NCBI GenBank assembly: GCA_039630575.1
Contig: JBCNUW010000005.1
Span: 23,949 to 87,948 of the forward strand
Length of the DNA stretch: 64,000 bases
Source of the DNA: Candidatus Hydrothermales bacterium
GTDB lineage: Bacteria > Hydrothermota > Hydrothermia > Hydrothermales > JAJRUZ01
Direction: 5' to 3'
Part shown: positions 30,503 through 40,411 of the stretch, piece after piece
Numbering within the stretch: the first letter of the stretch is position 1
Layout of the letters: each line of letters begins with the position of its first letter
Made by a program: the position numbers and the translations under genes
The notes under the pieces: model-generated
Seen by the model: only the letters and a program-made list of their open reading frames with translations
Told to the model about the DNA's origin: nothing
The model's database searches: none

Positions 30503-33244
30503 TTACGTTTTACTTTTTTTAACTAAAAATTTTGGTTTTCTGGTTGAAATAAATATTGGTATTAGAATTAAAGAGGATAGAGAAGAAATAATCATAGTAA
30601 TAAAAGTTAAAATACCAAATCTTTTTATAATTATTAAATCCCCTAGAACTAAAACAAGTAGGCCTAACCCCACTGAGAGAGCATTTATAAAAACCGCTCT
30701 TCCTGTAGTTTTTAAAAGGTTTTCAAAGATATTATTGTTACCCATTTCTAATTCTTTTTTGATTCTGGAAATAACATGAATAGAGTAGTCTATACCTATA
30801 CCTATTATAATTGGAGCAATCATTACACTTGCTGCATCAAGAGGATAATTTAAAAATCCTAAAAGTCCGAAGTATATCAATGTCGTAAAAATTATTGGTA
30901 ACACTGTAATTAGTCCACCTGTTATTGATTTCCACTCAATTGAGACAAAAATGAATACTAAGATTAAAACCATTAAAAGACTTTGCATTTGACTTTTTAA
31001 GAGATTATCATCAAGTTTTTTGTAAATTTGAGGAACTCCGGTGTGATAAATCTTAAAATTAAAAATTTCTCCATCATCCTTAAATTCCTCTTCATAGGGG
31101 ATAATCCATTTTTCTCCTGTGAATTCATAAATATAATCTTTTATTTTTTTATCAAAATTTAAACTGTTTATAAACCCTAGTCTTTTGGACTCCTTTAAGA
31201 TTTCCTCCAGTTCTAAAGCTGCTTCCTCAATATCTTCCCTTTTATTTTTAAAATATTTTATTAGAACACCCTTTATATCATTTTCCTTTAGTATATCTCT
31301 AATAACTTTTTCCCTTAATTTTTTGTCTAAAATTACTATATAGGCTTCTTCACTTTTAAAATACTCCTCTAGCTTTCCAAATGATACTTCTTCTACATAT
31401 TTTTTGAATTTGCTTTCATCTGAATAAGAATAAAGAGTTTCGTAGATTTTTGTAGAGTCTTCTATGTTAAAAACTTCGCAAATTGTCTTAGTATAAAACT
31501 TTGTATATTTTTTAAAGACTTTCTCTCTTTTATTATGGTCCAAAGTGTTTTGGTCAATCATTAAATACTTACCTGAAAACCTTTTAACAACGCTTTCAAT
31601 GTAATCTGCTACTTCTCGAATTATTTTTGTTTTTCCAAGTTCTGAAACCATTTGAATTGTTGCCTTTTTACCATCTTTTCTTACTATCATATCTAATTGA
31701 GGCTGACCCTCTAAAAGAAAATAGAGGTTGTTTATTTTCTCCTCTGATTCAGGTATTGATTTAAAATCTGTGACAAGTTCATTCATTTCAGCAATTAAAT
31801 CTGCAATTGATTGAGGGTTATGTATATATTGAGATTTTTTTAGTAGATCACTTGTGTGTTTCATTAACTTTAAAATTAAGGGATTTTTAATATTATCAGC
31901 TTCAAAGACTACATAGGAAGATGCATGACCACCAAATTTATCTCTTACGAGTTCAGCAGATACCCTTACAGGATTATTACTGGGAAAATAAGCAATCATA
32001 TCAACTTCTCTTTTTATTTTTAAAATACCTAAAATACTAATAAAAAGAATTACAAAACATAATTTTGCAACTATGTTCTTATATTTTTTTATTAATTTAG
32101 AAATAAAAAAAAGTAATAAGGATGGTGGAAAAGTAAAATCTTTTATTAAGGAAATGTTTGATATATTATAAGAAAGAATAACAGGAATAAAAGTTAATGT
32201 TAGAATTAAAGCGAAAATAACACCTATACTTAAAAAAATTCCAAATTTTCTTATTACATCAAGTTGAGTAAATATAAGAGAAAGGAAACCAAAAAAAGTT
32301 GTAACTGCTGCCATAAAAATTGGAACCCACATATCTCTTACACTTTTCTTTATCCCATCATTTTCTTTTTCGTACTCTTTGTATTTGTTTAAAAGATGTA
32401 TTCCATAAGCAGAACCAACAGCTAAAAGAATAACTGGAAGAATATTAGATACTATCGATAATGGAACATTTAGAAATCCCATTAAACCAAGAACCCATGT
32501 TATAGAAATTATAACAACACTTATGATCAATAGAATTCCTTGAAAATTCTTAAAACTTAAAAATAATATCAGAGTAATTATAATTAATGAGTAAGGAATT
32601 AGCCTTATTATTTCTTTTCTTATCATTTCGTTAACAAATATAACTACAAAAGGAATCCCACTATAATGAATTTCAAAATTTTCTTTTAATTCTTCTGTAA
32701 TTTCCCTTATCTTTAATGCAGTTTTTTCTTTATCAGATTTTTCTGAAAATCTTATAATGATTGATGTATATTTTCCATCCTCTGAAACTATAACACCCTT
32801 ATATCTTTCCTTTGACATAACATAACTTTTTAAACTGTCATACTCCTCTTTTGCTTTTGGTATGTAATTGGGCGGTAGGAGTTTACCAACTTCTATTCCA
32901 TCCTCTATTTTTTTTATATCCATAATATCTGTTAGACTTAAACAATTTGAAATTCCCTCTATTTTTTTATATTCTTCTGTAAGTTCTTGAATTTTTTGGA
33001 ATGTTTTCTCATTAAAAACATCGGGAATACCTTTTAGAATAACCATTCCGATCAAATTACCCTCAAATTCCTCTCCTATTTCATTAAACATCTTTATGTA
33101 GGGCTCATCAGGTGGAAGAGCCTTTAAGATATCCCCTTGTATCTTAAGTTTTGTAATTCCAAAGACAAAAAAGAAGGTTAAAAAAGTCACAAAAATTAAG
33201 TATAATAATTTTCTTTTAAGCAAAAATTCTATTATATTTTCCAT
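30503..33244 (-). CDS. MMPL/RND family transporter
   Basis: Two TM bundles with GSAYGIH and GIGIDYSIH motifs and large soluble loops. Confidence 0.88.
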   Translation of the reverse strand: MENIIEFLLKRKLLYLIFVTFLTFFFVFGITKLKIQGDILKALPPDEPYIKMFNEIGEEFEGNLIGMVILKGIPDVFNEKTFQKIQELTEEYKKIEGISNCLSLTDIMDIKKIEDGIEVGKLLPPNYIPKAKEEYDSLKSYVMSKERYKGVIVSEDGKYTSIIIRFSEKSDKEKTALKIREITEELKENFEIHYSGIPFVVIFVNEMIRKEIIRLIPYSLIIITLILFLSFKNFQGILLIISVVIISITWVLGLMGFLNVPLSIVSNILPVILLAVGSAYGIHLLNKYKEYEKENDGIKKSVRDMWVPIFMAAVTTFFGFLSLIFTQLDVIRKFGIFLSIGVIFALILTLTFIPVILSYNISNISLIKDFTFPPSLLLFFISKLIKKYKNIVAKLCFVILFISILGILKIKREVDMIAYFPSNNPVRVSAELVRDKFGGHASSYVVFEADNIKNPLILKLMKHTSDLLKKSQYIHNPQSIADLIAEMNELVTDFKSIPESEEKINNLYFLLEGQPQLDMIVRKDGKKATIQMVSELGKTKIIREVADYIESVVKRFSGKYLMIDQNTLDHNKREKVFKKYTKFYTKTICEVFNIEDSTKIYETLYSYSDESKFKKYVEEVSFGKLEEYFKSEEAYIVILDKKLREKVIRDILKENDIKGVLIKYFKNKREDIEEAALELEEILKESKRLGFINSLNFDKKIKDYIYEFTGEKWIIPYEEEFKDDGEIFNFKIYHTGVPQIYKKLDDNLLKSQMQSLLMVLILVFIFVSIEWKSITGGLITVLPIIFTTLIYFGLLGFLNYPLDAASVMIAPIIIGIGIDYSIHVISRIKKELEMGNNNIFENLLKTTGRAVFINALSVGLGLLVLVLGDLIIIKRFGILTFITMIISSLSSLILIPIFISTRKPKFLVKKSKT

Positions 33245-33246
33245 AT

Positions 33247-33888
33247 TTATTTTAGTCTTTTTAATATTTCCTTTAAGTCTCTTTTTATTTCAAGTAAATC
33301 TTCCTTTATATCAGATATTTCTTTTATCTTTCTTTCAGATACACCAAATTCTGTAAGTATTTCTTTTATGTTATTTTTTAAATAATCTTTGAGTTCTCTT
33401 TTTGATGTTATTCCAATTTTTTTAAGAGCTTCATCAAGAACAGATCTTATTTTCTCTTCAAGTATCTTTTCCCTTTCTCTAGCAGATTCAATTAATAAAT
33501 TCTTTAACACTTCAGCTTCTTTTTCACTAATCTTCTTTTTATCAATTAAAGTTCTCACAATCTCCTTTGCTTTCTGTTCTGTGAGAGATATAGCGTTTAT
33601 AGAAGCGATAAGTGAATTTTTTATAAATTCAATTACTGCTGACTTACCAGATTTTATGATCTCTCTTAATATATAAGGAGCTGAAGAAAATTCTTTTCTA
33701 TCCTTCACTATTTCCATCAAAATTTGAACCAGGGTTAAATCAGTTATATCATCACCGGTTTCATTGTCAATTACCATAAAATCGATTCCATCCTTTACAT
33801 AGTTCGAAAGTTCTGAAATTGTAATCATTTTTGATGCTTCTGTATCGTAGAGCTTTCTGTTAGAATATTTTTTAATAACTCTTTTCAT
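33247..33888 (-). CDS. PhaR-like DNA-binding domain fused to phasin-like helical region
   Basis: IKKYSNRKLYDT...VIDNETGDDIT..TLVQI (PHB_acc_N); phasin-like AKEIVRTLIDKKKISEKEA..ALKKIGI. Confidence 0.8.
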   Translation of the reverse strand: MKRVIKKYSNRKLYDTEASKMITISELSNYVKDGIDFMVIDNETGDDITDLTLVQILMEIVKDRKEFSSAPYILREIIKSGKSAVIEFIKNSLIASINAISLTEQKAKEIVRTLIDKKKISEKEAEVLKNLLIESAREREKILEEKIRSVLDEALKKIGITSKRELKDYLKNNIKEILTEFGVSERKIKEISDIKEDLLEIKRDLKEILKRLK

Positions 33889-33895
33889 TAAAAAT

Positions 33896-35200
33896 TTAAA
33901 AATTTACTTTTAAGGTTAGATAAAATTGGTCAAAATTTTTAAAAGAATAAAATAAACTTGATGGTGAGTTTCCATGTACGTTTATAAGTCCAAAATTTAT
34001 ATCTAAATTGTCATCGGGCTTATAGCTTATTTCAGGGTTTGTAACATACCCACTTTTGTTTTGTAGGTCCTTAAAACAGACAATTTCATAGATTCCTGAT
34101 AGGCTTATTTTCAAATTGTCCCTTAAATATTTCTTTTCAATTCTTAATGCAAGGTAGTTATGTAACGAATTTTTAATATCTGGACTATATCTTTCAAAGA
34201 AAAAACCATAATTATATTGGAAGTTAACGTATAGACCATTTCTAAAAGTATAGTCAAATCCAGCTGTATACTTTAAATATGGATCCTTCAAAAGATAGAA
34301 GGGGTAAAAAGCGCTCCATATTTTCACAGTATCTATTGGTATAAAGTATCCTAACTCTGCCCAGATCCCAACACTTTTTACTTCTCCAGCTAAGTCAAAA
34401 CCTATCATATGAATTCTTGGGAAAAAGTAAAGAGCCTTTACTAATGTATCTCCTGATGAATTATCTATCAGAATCTCAGTTCCTTTAAACAAGGGAAAGT
34501 TGTCAAATCCGTAAAAATAAGAAAGTGAAAAATTTAATTTCAAAATCTTTCCGTAAAGTTTTGAGGCAAACATTGGGTTTTTAAGAGATGGAAATATGAT
34601 AGTATCTTTTATATTTCCAAAGTTTAAAGGGCTTAAAAATAATTTAAAATAGGAAATATCTTCTAATAAAAGTGGAGGTATGAATTTGGGTAAAAAGACT
34701 CCTTCTAACATAAATTCTTTTGGAAGATAAAAGTTAATTAAAATTGCTTCTGAGGGAATCTTTTTACCAAAATCAAAAGGATTTTGTAAATCATAAGGAT
34801 TAATAATGTCTGTTGGATTTAACCTGTCAGCTGTTCCCCAAGAAATTCTTTGCTTACCGATTTTTATATCAAGATTTTCAAATGGGAAATTATAGATATT
34901 TAAATAAAATTCAAATATATGAGTTTTAATTTTATAGGAAGGATCCTTGAGGTTTATAAGATTATTTTGGATATTTTTAGACCAAAGTCTTAAAAGTAAG
35001 GATGTTTCGTACTGGTATTTATCCTTTTTATCTTTTAAAGATATTTCAAACTGATGGAACATATATGGAAGAGGTTTTATACTGTCAACTTTAAAGATAT
35101 CTGGCTGAATTAAATAGAAGTTGTTAATTTTTGCTTCACCCTCTATTTCAATGGAATAAAGTAGGCAAAAGGAAAGAAAAAATAAAATAATTTTTCTCAT
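33896..35200 (-). CDS. outer-membrane beta-barrel (DUF1302-like)
   Basis: Signal peptide, IGKQRISWGTADRLNPTD, terminal LKVNF. Confidence 0.7.
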   Translation of the reverse strand: MRKIILFFLSFCLLYSIEIEGEAKINNFYLIQPDIFKVDSIKPLPYMFHQFEISLKDKKDKYQYETSLLLRLWSKNIQNNLINLKDPSYKIKTHIFEFYLNIYNFPFENLDIKIGKQRISWGTADRLNPTDIINPYDLQNPFDFGKKIPSEAILINFYLPKEFMLEGVFLPKFIPPLLLEDISYFKLFLSPLNFGNIKDTIIFPSLKNPMFASKLYGKILKLNFSLSYFYGFDNFPLFKGTEILIDNSSGDTLVKALYFFPRIHMIGFDLAGEVKSVGIWAELGYFIPIDTVKIWSAFYPFYLLKDPYLKYTAGFDYTFRNGLYVNFQYNYGFFFERYSPDIKNSLHNYLALRIEKKYLRDNLKISLSGIYEIVCFKDLQNKSGYVTNPEISYKPDDNLDINFGLINVHGNSPSSLFYSFKNFDQFYLTLKVNF

Positions 35201-35210
35201 TTTACCCTCC

Positions 35211-35915
35211 TTATTCTGCCTTTTTGAGATTTCTTTGAGTAAAAATTTCTTCAGAAAGACCTAAATCATACTCCTGTTTCAATGTTTTCATAACAGTTTT
35301 GTGTTTATCTTTTACGTTCTCCATTTCTATTTCATTAATTGACCAGTAATTTTTTATTTGAACAAACTTTTTATTTCTCATGATTTTCAAGAGATTATTT
35401 CCTTTATCAAAAAATTTAATTGAGTCTGGAAGAAAAATTTTTTTATTTACAAACATTATGAGTTTTGAATATTCTACATCAGATTCTGGCTTTGGAGTAA
35501 GTATGAGAACATATTGATTTTCGTTTTCTTCTTTAATAACGGCACTGTAATCCTTTGTAAATTCACTTTTTGCGAGATCGTTGTAAGAGAAATCTGTACC
35601 CATGAAAGATTCGTTTTTAACATGGGAGGCAATTCTTCTTATTTTTTTGAAAGCAGGCAAGTAGATGTAGAGTTCATCATCTGAAAGTACAAGAAATCCA
35701 ACACCTTTTACATCTGCTGGAGATTTAAAGACAAAAAGTTTTTTATGTTTACCTTTCATCCATATTTTCATTTCTCTTTCCTTTTGAGTACCGTCAGACT
35801 CAACAAGAACCATTTTTAATTCAGAGACCCTGTCTGAGGGTGCATTATAGGTATCTTCTACTTTTTTCAAAATTTCATTACCATTTAATATTGAAAAGAT
35901 TAAAATTAAGTTCAT
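35211..35915 (-). CDS. outer membrane lipoprotein-sorting (LolA-like) protein
   Basis: FKSPADVKGVGFL, YLPAFKKIRRI, FMGTDFSYNDL, FTQRNL. Confidence 0.85.
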   Translation of the reverse strand: MNLILIFSILNGNEILKKVEDTYNAPSDRVSELKMVLVESDGTQKEREMKIWMKGKHKKLFVFKSPADVKGVGFLVLSDDELYIYLPAFKKIRRIASHVKNESFMGTDFSYNDLAKSEFTKDYSAVIKEENENQYVLILTPKPESDVEYSKLIMFVNKKIFLPDSIKFFDKGNNLLKIMRNKKFVQIKNYWSINEIEMENVKDKHKTVMKTLKQEYDLGLSEEIFTQRNLKKAE

Positions 35916-36181
35916 TTTAACCTCCTTTTTGATTAAAATTTACGCGTTGAATTTACGCATTGCATATTAAATTATAAATGTTTTTTTTTAATTTTTCAAG
36001 TGGATTTAGAAGATATATATTGAAAGTAATTTTTTTGCATGGTTTATTAAATTAAATTTTTTTTAAATATCTTAAAATTTTTTTAATTTCTGTTAGTTTT
36101 TACGATTCTTGATTTTTTTGAATTTTATTGGTTCATTTCTTTAAAATTATTACACATTTTTAAACTTTAATTTAAAATTTA

Positions 36182-36256
36182 GGGCGGGTAGCTCAGATTG
36201 GTGAGAGCGTCGGCTTTACAAGCCGAAGGTCGTAGGTTCAAATCCTGCCCCGCCCA
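36182..36256 (+). tRNA. tRNA-Val(TAC), CCA not encoded
   Basis: GGGCGGG/CCCGCCC acceptor stem, D-arm GCTC..GAGC, anticodon arm TCGGC-TTTACAA-GCCGA, T-arm GTAGG-TTCAAAT-CCTGC. Confidence 0.97.
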
Positions 36257-36266
36257 TTTTTTTAAA

Positions 36267-38636
36267 ATGAAAAATTTTTCTATCCTCTTTGAATCTAAAA
36301 CCAAAACCTTTATCCTATACTCAATCATATCTCTTATTTATTTTTATGACCCTCTTTTTACCTTTAAACTGATGGCTGGTTCAGATTACCTGCTTGGAGG
36401 TTATGCCTCAAGAGAATGGCTCTCCTTGTGGTTAAAAAAATTCTACTTCCCTCTTTGGTATCCTGATGAAAGATTAGGTTACCCACTTCTTGAGGAATTC
36501 TGGATGGATATATTCACACCTACTGGACTTTTAAGACTTCTTTTACCTACTCATATTCACTTTAATCTTAGCTTTTTTATCTATACACTTCTTGCTGGAT
36601 TCGGAACTTATCTTTTTCTTAGAGAGCTAAAGATTAAACCAATTTTTGCCTTTATTGCAGGTGTTTTTTATTCATTTTCAGGTGCCTTAATAACAAATAC
36701 CTCAGCTGGACACCTTAACAGGCTCGTAAGTTCCTCTCTTTTGCCATATGTGCTTTTTTTCCTTTTGCTTGGTGTTAATAAAAAGAAATTTTTCTTTTTT
36801 ATCCTTGCAGGTTTTTTCTCAGGTTGGCAATTTCTTGGGGGACATTTTCAATTTAACTATTTCTCTTTTTTTATATATATACCCTTTTTCTTTTTCCTTT
36901 TATTTTCAAATCCTTTAAGTGTTAAGGAAAAAATAAAGCTAACTATCTACGCTGCATTTGGACTTTTTCTTACTTTAATGCTTTTCTCAGTTTACTTTCT
37001 TCCCCTATTTAAAAGTCTTAAATTTGTAGCAAGAGGTATTGAAAGAGGATATGAGTACTCTGCAAGCTGGCCCCTTTTCCCACTTGAAAGTCTTGATATG
37101 ATATTTATAAACTTTTCAGGATTCTTCGATACTTACTGGGGTCCAAATCTGTTTAGGCTTAACCATTACTACATCGGTTTTTTCCCCTTCGTATTCTTTA
37201 TACTTTCTCTTTTTTCAAAAAATAAAAAAACTGTTTTATTTTTCTTTATACTTTTTCTTATAACTCTAACTTTTGCCTGGGGTAAGTATTTTTTAACACA
37301 TAAGATCTTCTATAATGTACTACCCGGTATAAGTAAATTCAGGGGACCTTCAAACATCTTTTTCCTTTGTACTTTCAGTTTTGTTACCTTATCTGCCTTC
37401 GGTTTAACTTACTTTTTTGAAAATTTTGATGATAAAAAAATAAAGATAACACTTTTTACTTTTCTTACCCTTTTTATTCTTCTACTTTTACTTTTATCAC
37501 CAGTTAAAGATTTTCTAAGGGATGTTGTAAGGAAGATTTCAGAAAACCCAAAGGAGCTTAATGAGAAATTATTTGCTCTTGATAAGGTAATACCGCTTTT
37601 TAGAAATAACCTTATTTTTCTGATTTTTGAAATAATTATTGTTTATTTTATTTTTTTTCTTTTTAAAGTTAAAATAGAAAAAGAATTTTTGTTTCTTTTA
37701 TTCCCAATCATTACAATTTTTGAAGCTTTAATTTTCTTAAGACCCAAATTTTTAAAATCCATGGATATTAAAGATTACTTAAAAAGTGATGAAGTAATAG
37801 ATTTCCTTAAAAAAAGAGAAGGTGAGTTTAGGGTTTTTTACTTCCCTAACTTTTATGAACACGATAACGACGGAATTTTATCGATTTATGGAATTGAAGA
37901 TGTGGGAGGATATGTGGCAAGTCCAATTCAAAGATATCAGGATTTTATCGGTTCAGGTCAATCTGTTATGTTTAACCCTCAAAATCTAATCAAGAATAGA
38001 AACCTTCTTAATCTTTTAAATGTAAAATATTTAATTTTTCCTACTTTTCCCATGGATACACTAAAGGTTAAAGATAATGTAAAAAAAATTGTTAAATTTC
38101 TTTTAGAATATACACGAAATATGGATCTTGTTTTAAAGGGTGATAGATACTATATCTTTGAGAATAAAAATGATTTTGGAAGATTTTTTGTAAGAGGAAA
38201 AATTTATGTGGCAGAAACAGACAATGAAGCGCTAACGTTTACGGTAAAAGAAAGTATTTTTGATACTTTTGCTATAGTTGAAAAAAAATTTTTAAATGAT
38301 GAACTAAAAAATTTTGGGAGCGCTTCTCCTCAAATTGAAGAATTAAAAATTATTGAAAAAAAACCTGGATATTATAAAATTAAAATAAGATTAAACCAAA
38401 AGGGAATTTTAGTATTTTCAATGAATTACCACAACGCATGGAATGTGTTTGTTGATGGAAAACAAGGAACGGTATTTCCTGTAAATTACACTTTAACAGG
38501 AACTATAGTACCTGAAGGAGAGCATGAAATTATCTTCAGATTTGGTTCTCCTTTTCATTACGGTGGAATTTTCATTACTCTTTTAGGCTATTTTATTTTC
38601 CTATGTTTACTTGCACTTTTTGTTTTCAAAAGGTAA
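36267..38636 (+). CDS. YfhO-family membrane glycosyltransferase-like protein
   Basis: PLWYP..LGYP, GGHFQ, PGISKFRGP, LLNVKY, WNVFVDG..VPEGEHEI. True start taken as ATG 36267, after the tRNA. Confidence 0.8.
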   Translation: MKNFSILFESKTKTFILYSIISLIYFYDPLFTFKLMAGSDYLLGGYASREWLSLWLKKFYFPLWYPDERLGYPLLEEFWMDIFTPTGLLRLLLPTHIHFNLSFFIYTLLAGFGTYLFLRELKIKPIFAFIAGVFYSFSGALITNTSAGHLNRLVSSSLLPYVLFFLLLGVNKKKFFFFILAGFFSGWQFLGGHFQFNYFSFFIYIPFFFFLLFSNPLSVKEKIKLTIYAAFGLFLTLMLFSVYFLPLFKSLKFVARGIERGYEYSASWPLFPLESLDMIFINFSGFFDTYWGPNLFRLNHYYIGFFPFVFFILSLFSKNKKTVLFFFILFLITLTFAWGKYFLTHKIFYNVLPGISKFRGPSNIFFLCTFSFVTLSAFGLTYFFENFDDKKIKITLFTFLTLFILLLLLLSPVKDFLRDVVRKISENPKELNEKLFALDKVIPLFRNNLIFLIFEIIIVYFIFFLFKVKIEKEFLFLLFPIITIFEALIFLRPKFLKSMDIKDYLKSDEVIDFLKKREGEFRVFYFPNFYEHDNDGILSIYGIEDVGGYVASPIQRYQDFIGSGQSVMFNPQNLIKNRNLLNLLNVKYLIFPTFPMDTLKVKDNVKKIVKFLLEYTRNMDLVLKGDRYYIFENKNDFGRFFVRGKIYVAETDNEALTFTVKESIFDTFAIVEKKFLNDELKNFGSASPQIEELKIIEKKPGYYKIKIRLNQKGILVFSMNYHNAWNVFVDGKQGTVFPVNYTLTGTIVPEGEHEIIFRFGSPFHYGGIFITLLGYFIFLCLLALFVFKR

Positions 38637-38654
38637 AATTAAATCTTTAAAATG

Positions 38655-38665
38655 GGTTCAAAGCC
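38655..38665 (+). promoter_or_regulatory. T-loop-like leader motif GGTTCAAAGCC, 26 nt before ATG 38692
   Basis: GGG-TTCAAAG-CCC; an SD (AAGGAGG) is also present. Confidence 0.55.
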
Positions 38666-38691
38666 CCTTGTATAGATAAAGGAGGAAAAAG

Positions 38692-38895
38692 ATGATTTGT
38701 CCTGAGTGCGGCTCAATGAAAATTGAAGAAATAGAGAAAGGGTACTTCTACTGTCTTGAATGCGGTCATGAGTTTTCCGAAGAAGAGGAGTATATTGATG
38801 AATCAGACTATGAAGATGCTGTTCTTGAAGACGAAGAGGAGGAAGAAGAATTTTATGATTACGATGAAGAGGAAGAGGAGGAGGAGGAATTTTGA
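38692..38895 (+). CDS. small zinc-ribbon protein with highly acidic tail
   Basis: CPECG..CLECG, Glu/Asp-rich C-terminus, strong SD. Confidence 0.75.
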   Translation: MICPECGSMKIEEIEKGYFYCLECGHEFSEEEEYIDESDYEDAVLEDEEEEEEFYDYDEEEEEEEEF

Positions 38896-39434
38896 ATAAA
38901 CTGAGGCTCTTTTTTGGCATCCCTTTAGAAGATGATAAAAAAGATAAAATTTTTGAATACTTAAAAAGGCTCAACTTGTTAAAAAAAGATTACAAGTGGG
39001 TTCCTAAGGAAAATTACCATATTACTTTAAAATTTCTCGGAGAGGTTGAAGAGAAATTAGTAAAAGATCTTGATAAAATTGGGAAAGAAATGTGTCTTTT
39101 ATTTAATAGTTTTTCTGTACTTACTGATGGTTTTTCAGGATTCCCGAATAGAAAGAAAGCAAGAGTTTTTTTCTTAGATTTGAAAGAGAAAGAAAAAATA
39201 ATTAGGATATTTAAAGTTCTTGAGGATAAGATTACACAGCTTAATTTTAAAAGAGAAGATAGAGAATACCACCCACATATTACTCTTGCAAGGTTGAGAA
39301 ATCCTGAGAGTATACCAGATATAGATCCTCTTGAAATGGAAATCAACATAAATGGATTTTCTTTATATGAAAGTATTTTGAAAAAGGAAGGTTCTTTATA
39401 TAAAATTTTAAATACTTACTTTTTTAATAAATAA
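38892..39434 (+). CDS. thpR: RNA 2',3'-cyclic phosphodiesterase (2H family)
   Basis: RLFFGI, HITLKFLG and PHITLAR 2H motifs. Confidence 0.9.
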   Translation: MNKLRLFFGIPLEDDKKDKIFEYLKRLNLLKKDYKWVPKENYHITLKFLGEVEEKLVKDLDKIGKEMCLLFNSFSVLTDGFSGFPNRKKARVFFLDLKEKEKIIRIFKVLEDKITQLNFKREDREYHPHITLARLRNPESIPDIDPLEMEININGFSLYESILKKEGSLYKILNTYFFNK

Positions 39435-39439
39435 AAATT

Positions 39440-40411
39440 ATGGATAAAGAAAACATCATCAAAAGAGCAAAAGATGTGTTAAGACTTGAAGCTGAGGGAA
39501 TAAAGAGAATAATCAACCTATTAGATGTGGAATTTGCAAGAGCTGTTGAACTTATTCTAAATACAAAGGGAAAACTAATTGTTACAGGTCTTGGAAAATC
39601 AGGAATAGTTGGGAAGAAGATCGCTGCCACCTTTACTTCAACAGGAACACCAGCAATGTATCTTCATCCTTCTGAGTCATTACATGGAGATCTTGGAGTC
39701 GTCTCTGAAACAGATACAGCTTTTTTTATTTCAAAAAGTGGACAAACAGAGGAATTACAAATACTACTGCCCTTTTTTAAAAGGAAGAATATACCTATTA
39801 TTTCATTGACAGCAAATAGGGAATCAGATCTTGCAAAAGATTCTGATGTTGTTTTGTATGTGCCTGTTGACAAAGAGGCTTGTCCATACGATCTTGCCCC
39901 TACTGTTAGTACAACTGTTTTCCTTGCAATTGGTGATGCACTTGCCATAGTTGTTATGGAACAAAAAAGCTTTAAAGCTGAAGATTTTGCTGCCTTACAT
40001 CCAGGAGGTGTAATCGGTAAAAGGTTCTGGTTAAAAGTAAAAGACATGATGGTAAAAGATAAAGATGTACCTATAGTTCATAAAGATTCACCTATGAAGG
40101 ATGTAATAATTGAGATGACCCAAAAAAGAGGAATAACGAGTGTTGTTGACGATGATGGAAAAGTTGTTGGTGTGATCACTGATGGAGATTTGAGGAGATT
40201 GTTAGAAAAAAGCTGGGAAAAGATTTTTACTTATAGAGCCCATGAAATTATGACGACAAATCCGAAGATTATTGGGCCTAATGCATTAGCTTATACTGCT
40301 GCAAGAAAAATGGAAGAATATAAAATAACAGCCTTAATAGTAGTTGATGAAGAAAATAAGCCCATAGGAGTAATTCATCTTCATGATCTTATGAAAGCCA
40401 ATGTGATTTGA
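39440..40411 (+). CDS. kdsD: arabinose-5-phosphate isomerase (SIS + CBS)
   Basis: GLGKSG, HGDLG, SKSGQT, EACP.DLAPT, HPGG, TDGDLRR. Confidence 0.93.
   Translation: MDKENIIKRAKDVLRLEAEGIKRIINLLDVEFARAVELILNTKGKLIVTGLGKSGIVGKKIAATFTSTGTPAMYLHPSESLHGDLGVVSETDTAFFISKSGQTEELQILLPFFKRKNIPIISLTANRESDLAKDSDVVLYVPVDKEACPYDLAPTVSTTVFLAIGDALAIVVMEQKSFKAEDFAALHPGGVIGKRFWLKVKDMMVKDKDVPIVHKDSPMKDVIIEMTQKRGITSVVDDDGKVVGVITDGDLRRLLEKSWEKIFTYRAHEIMTTNPKIIGPNALAYTAARKMEEYKITALIVVDEENKPIGVIHLHDLMKANVI

Noticed and set aside
36198..36266. ORF-track N-terminal extension of the yfhO-like gene (MVRASALQ...)
   Set aside because: This is the tRNA-Val sequence read in frame; the real start is ATG 36267.
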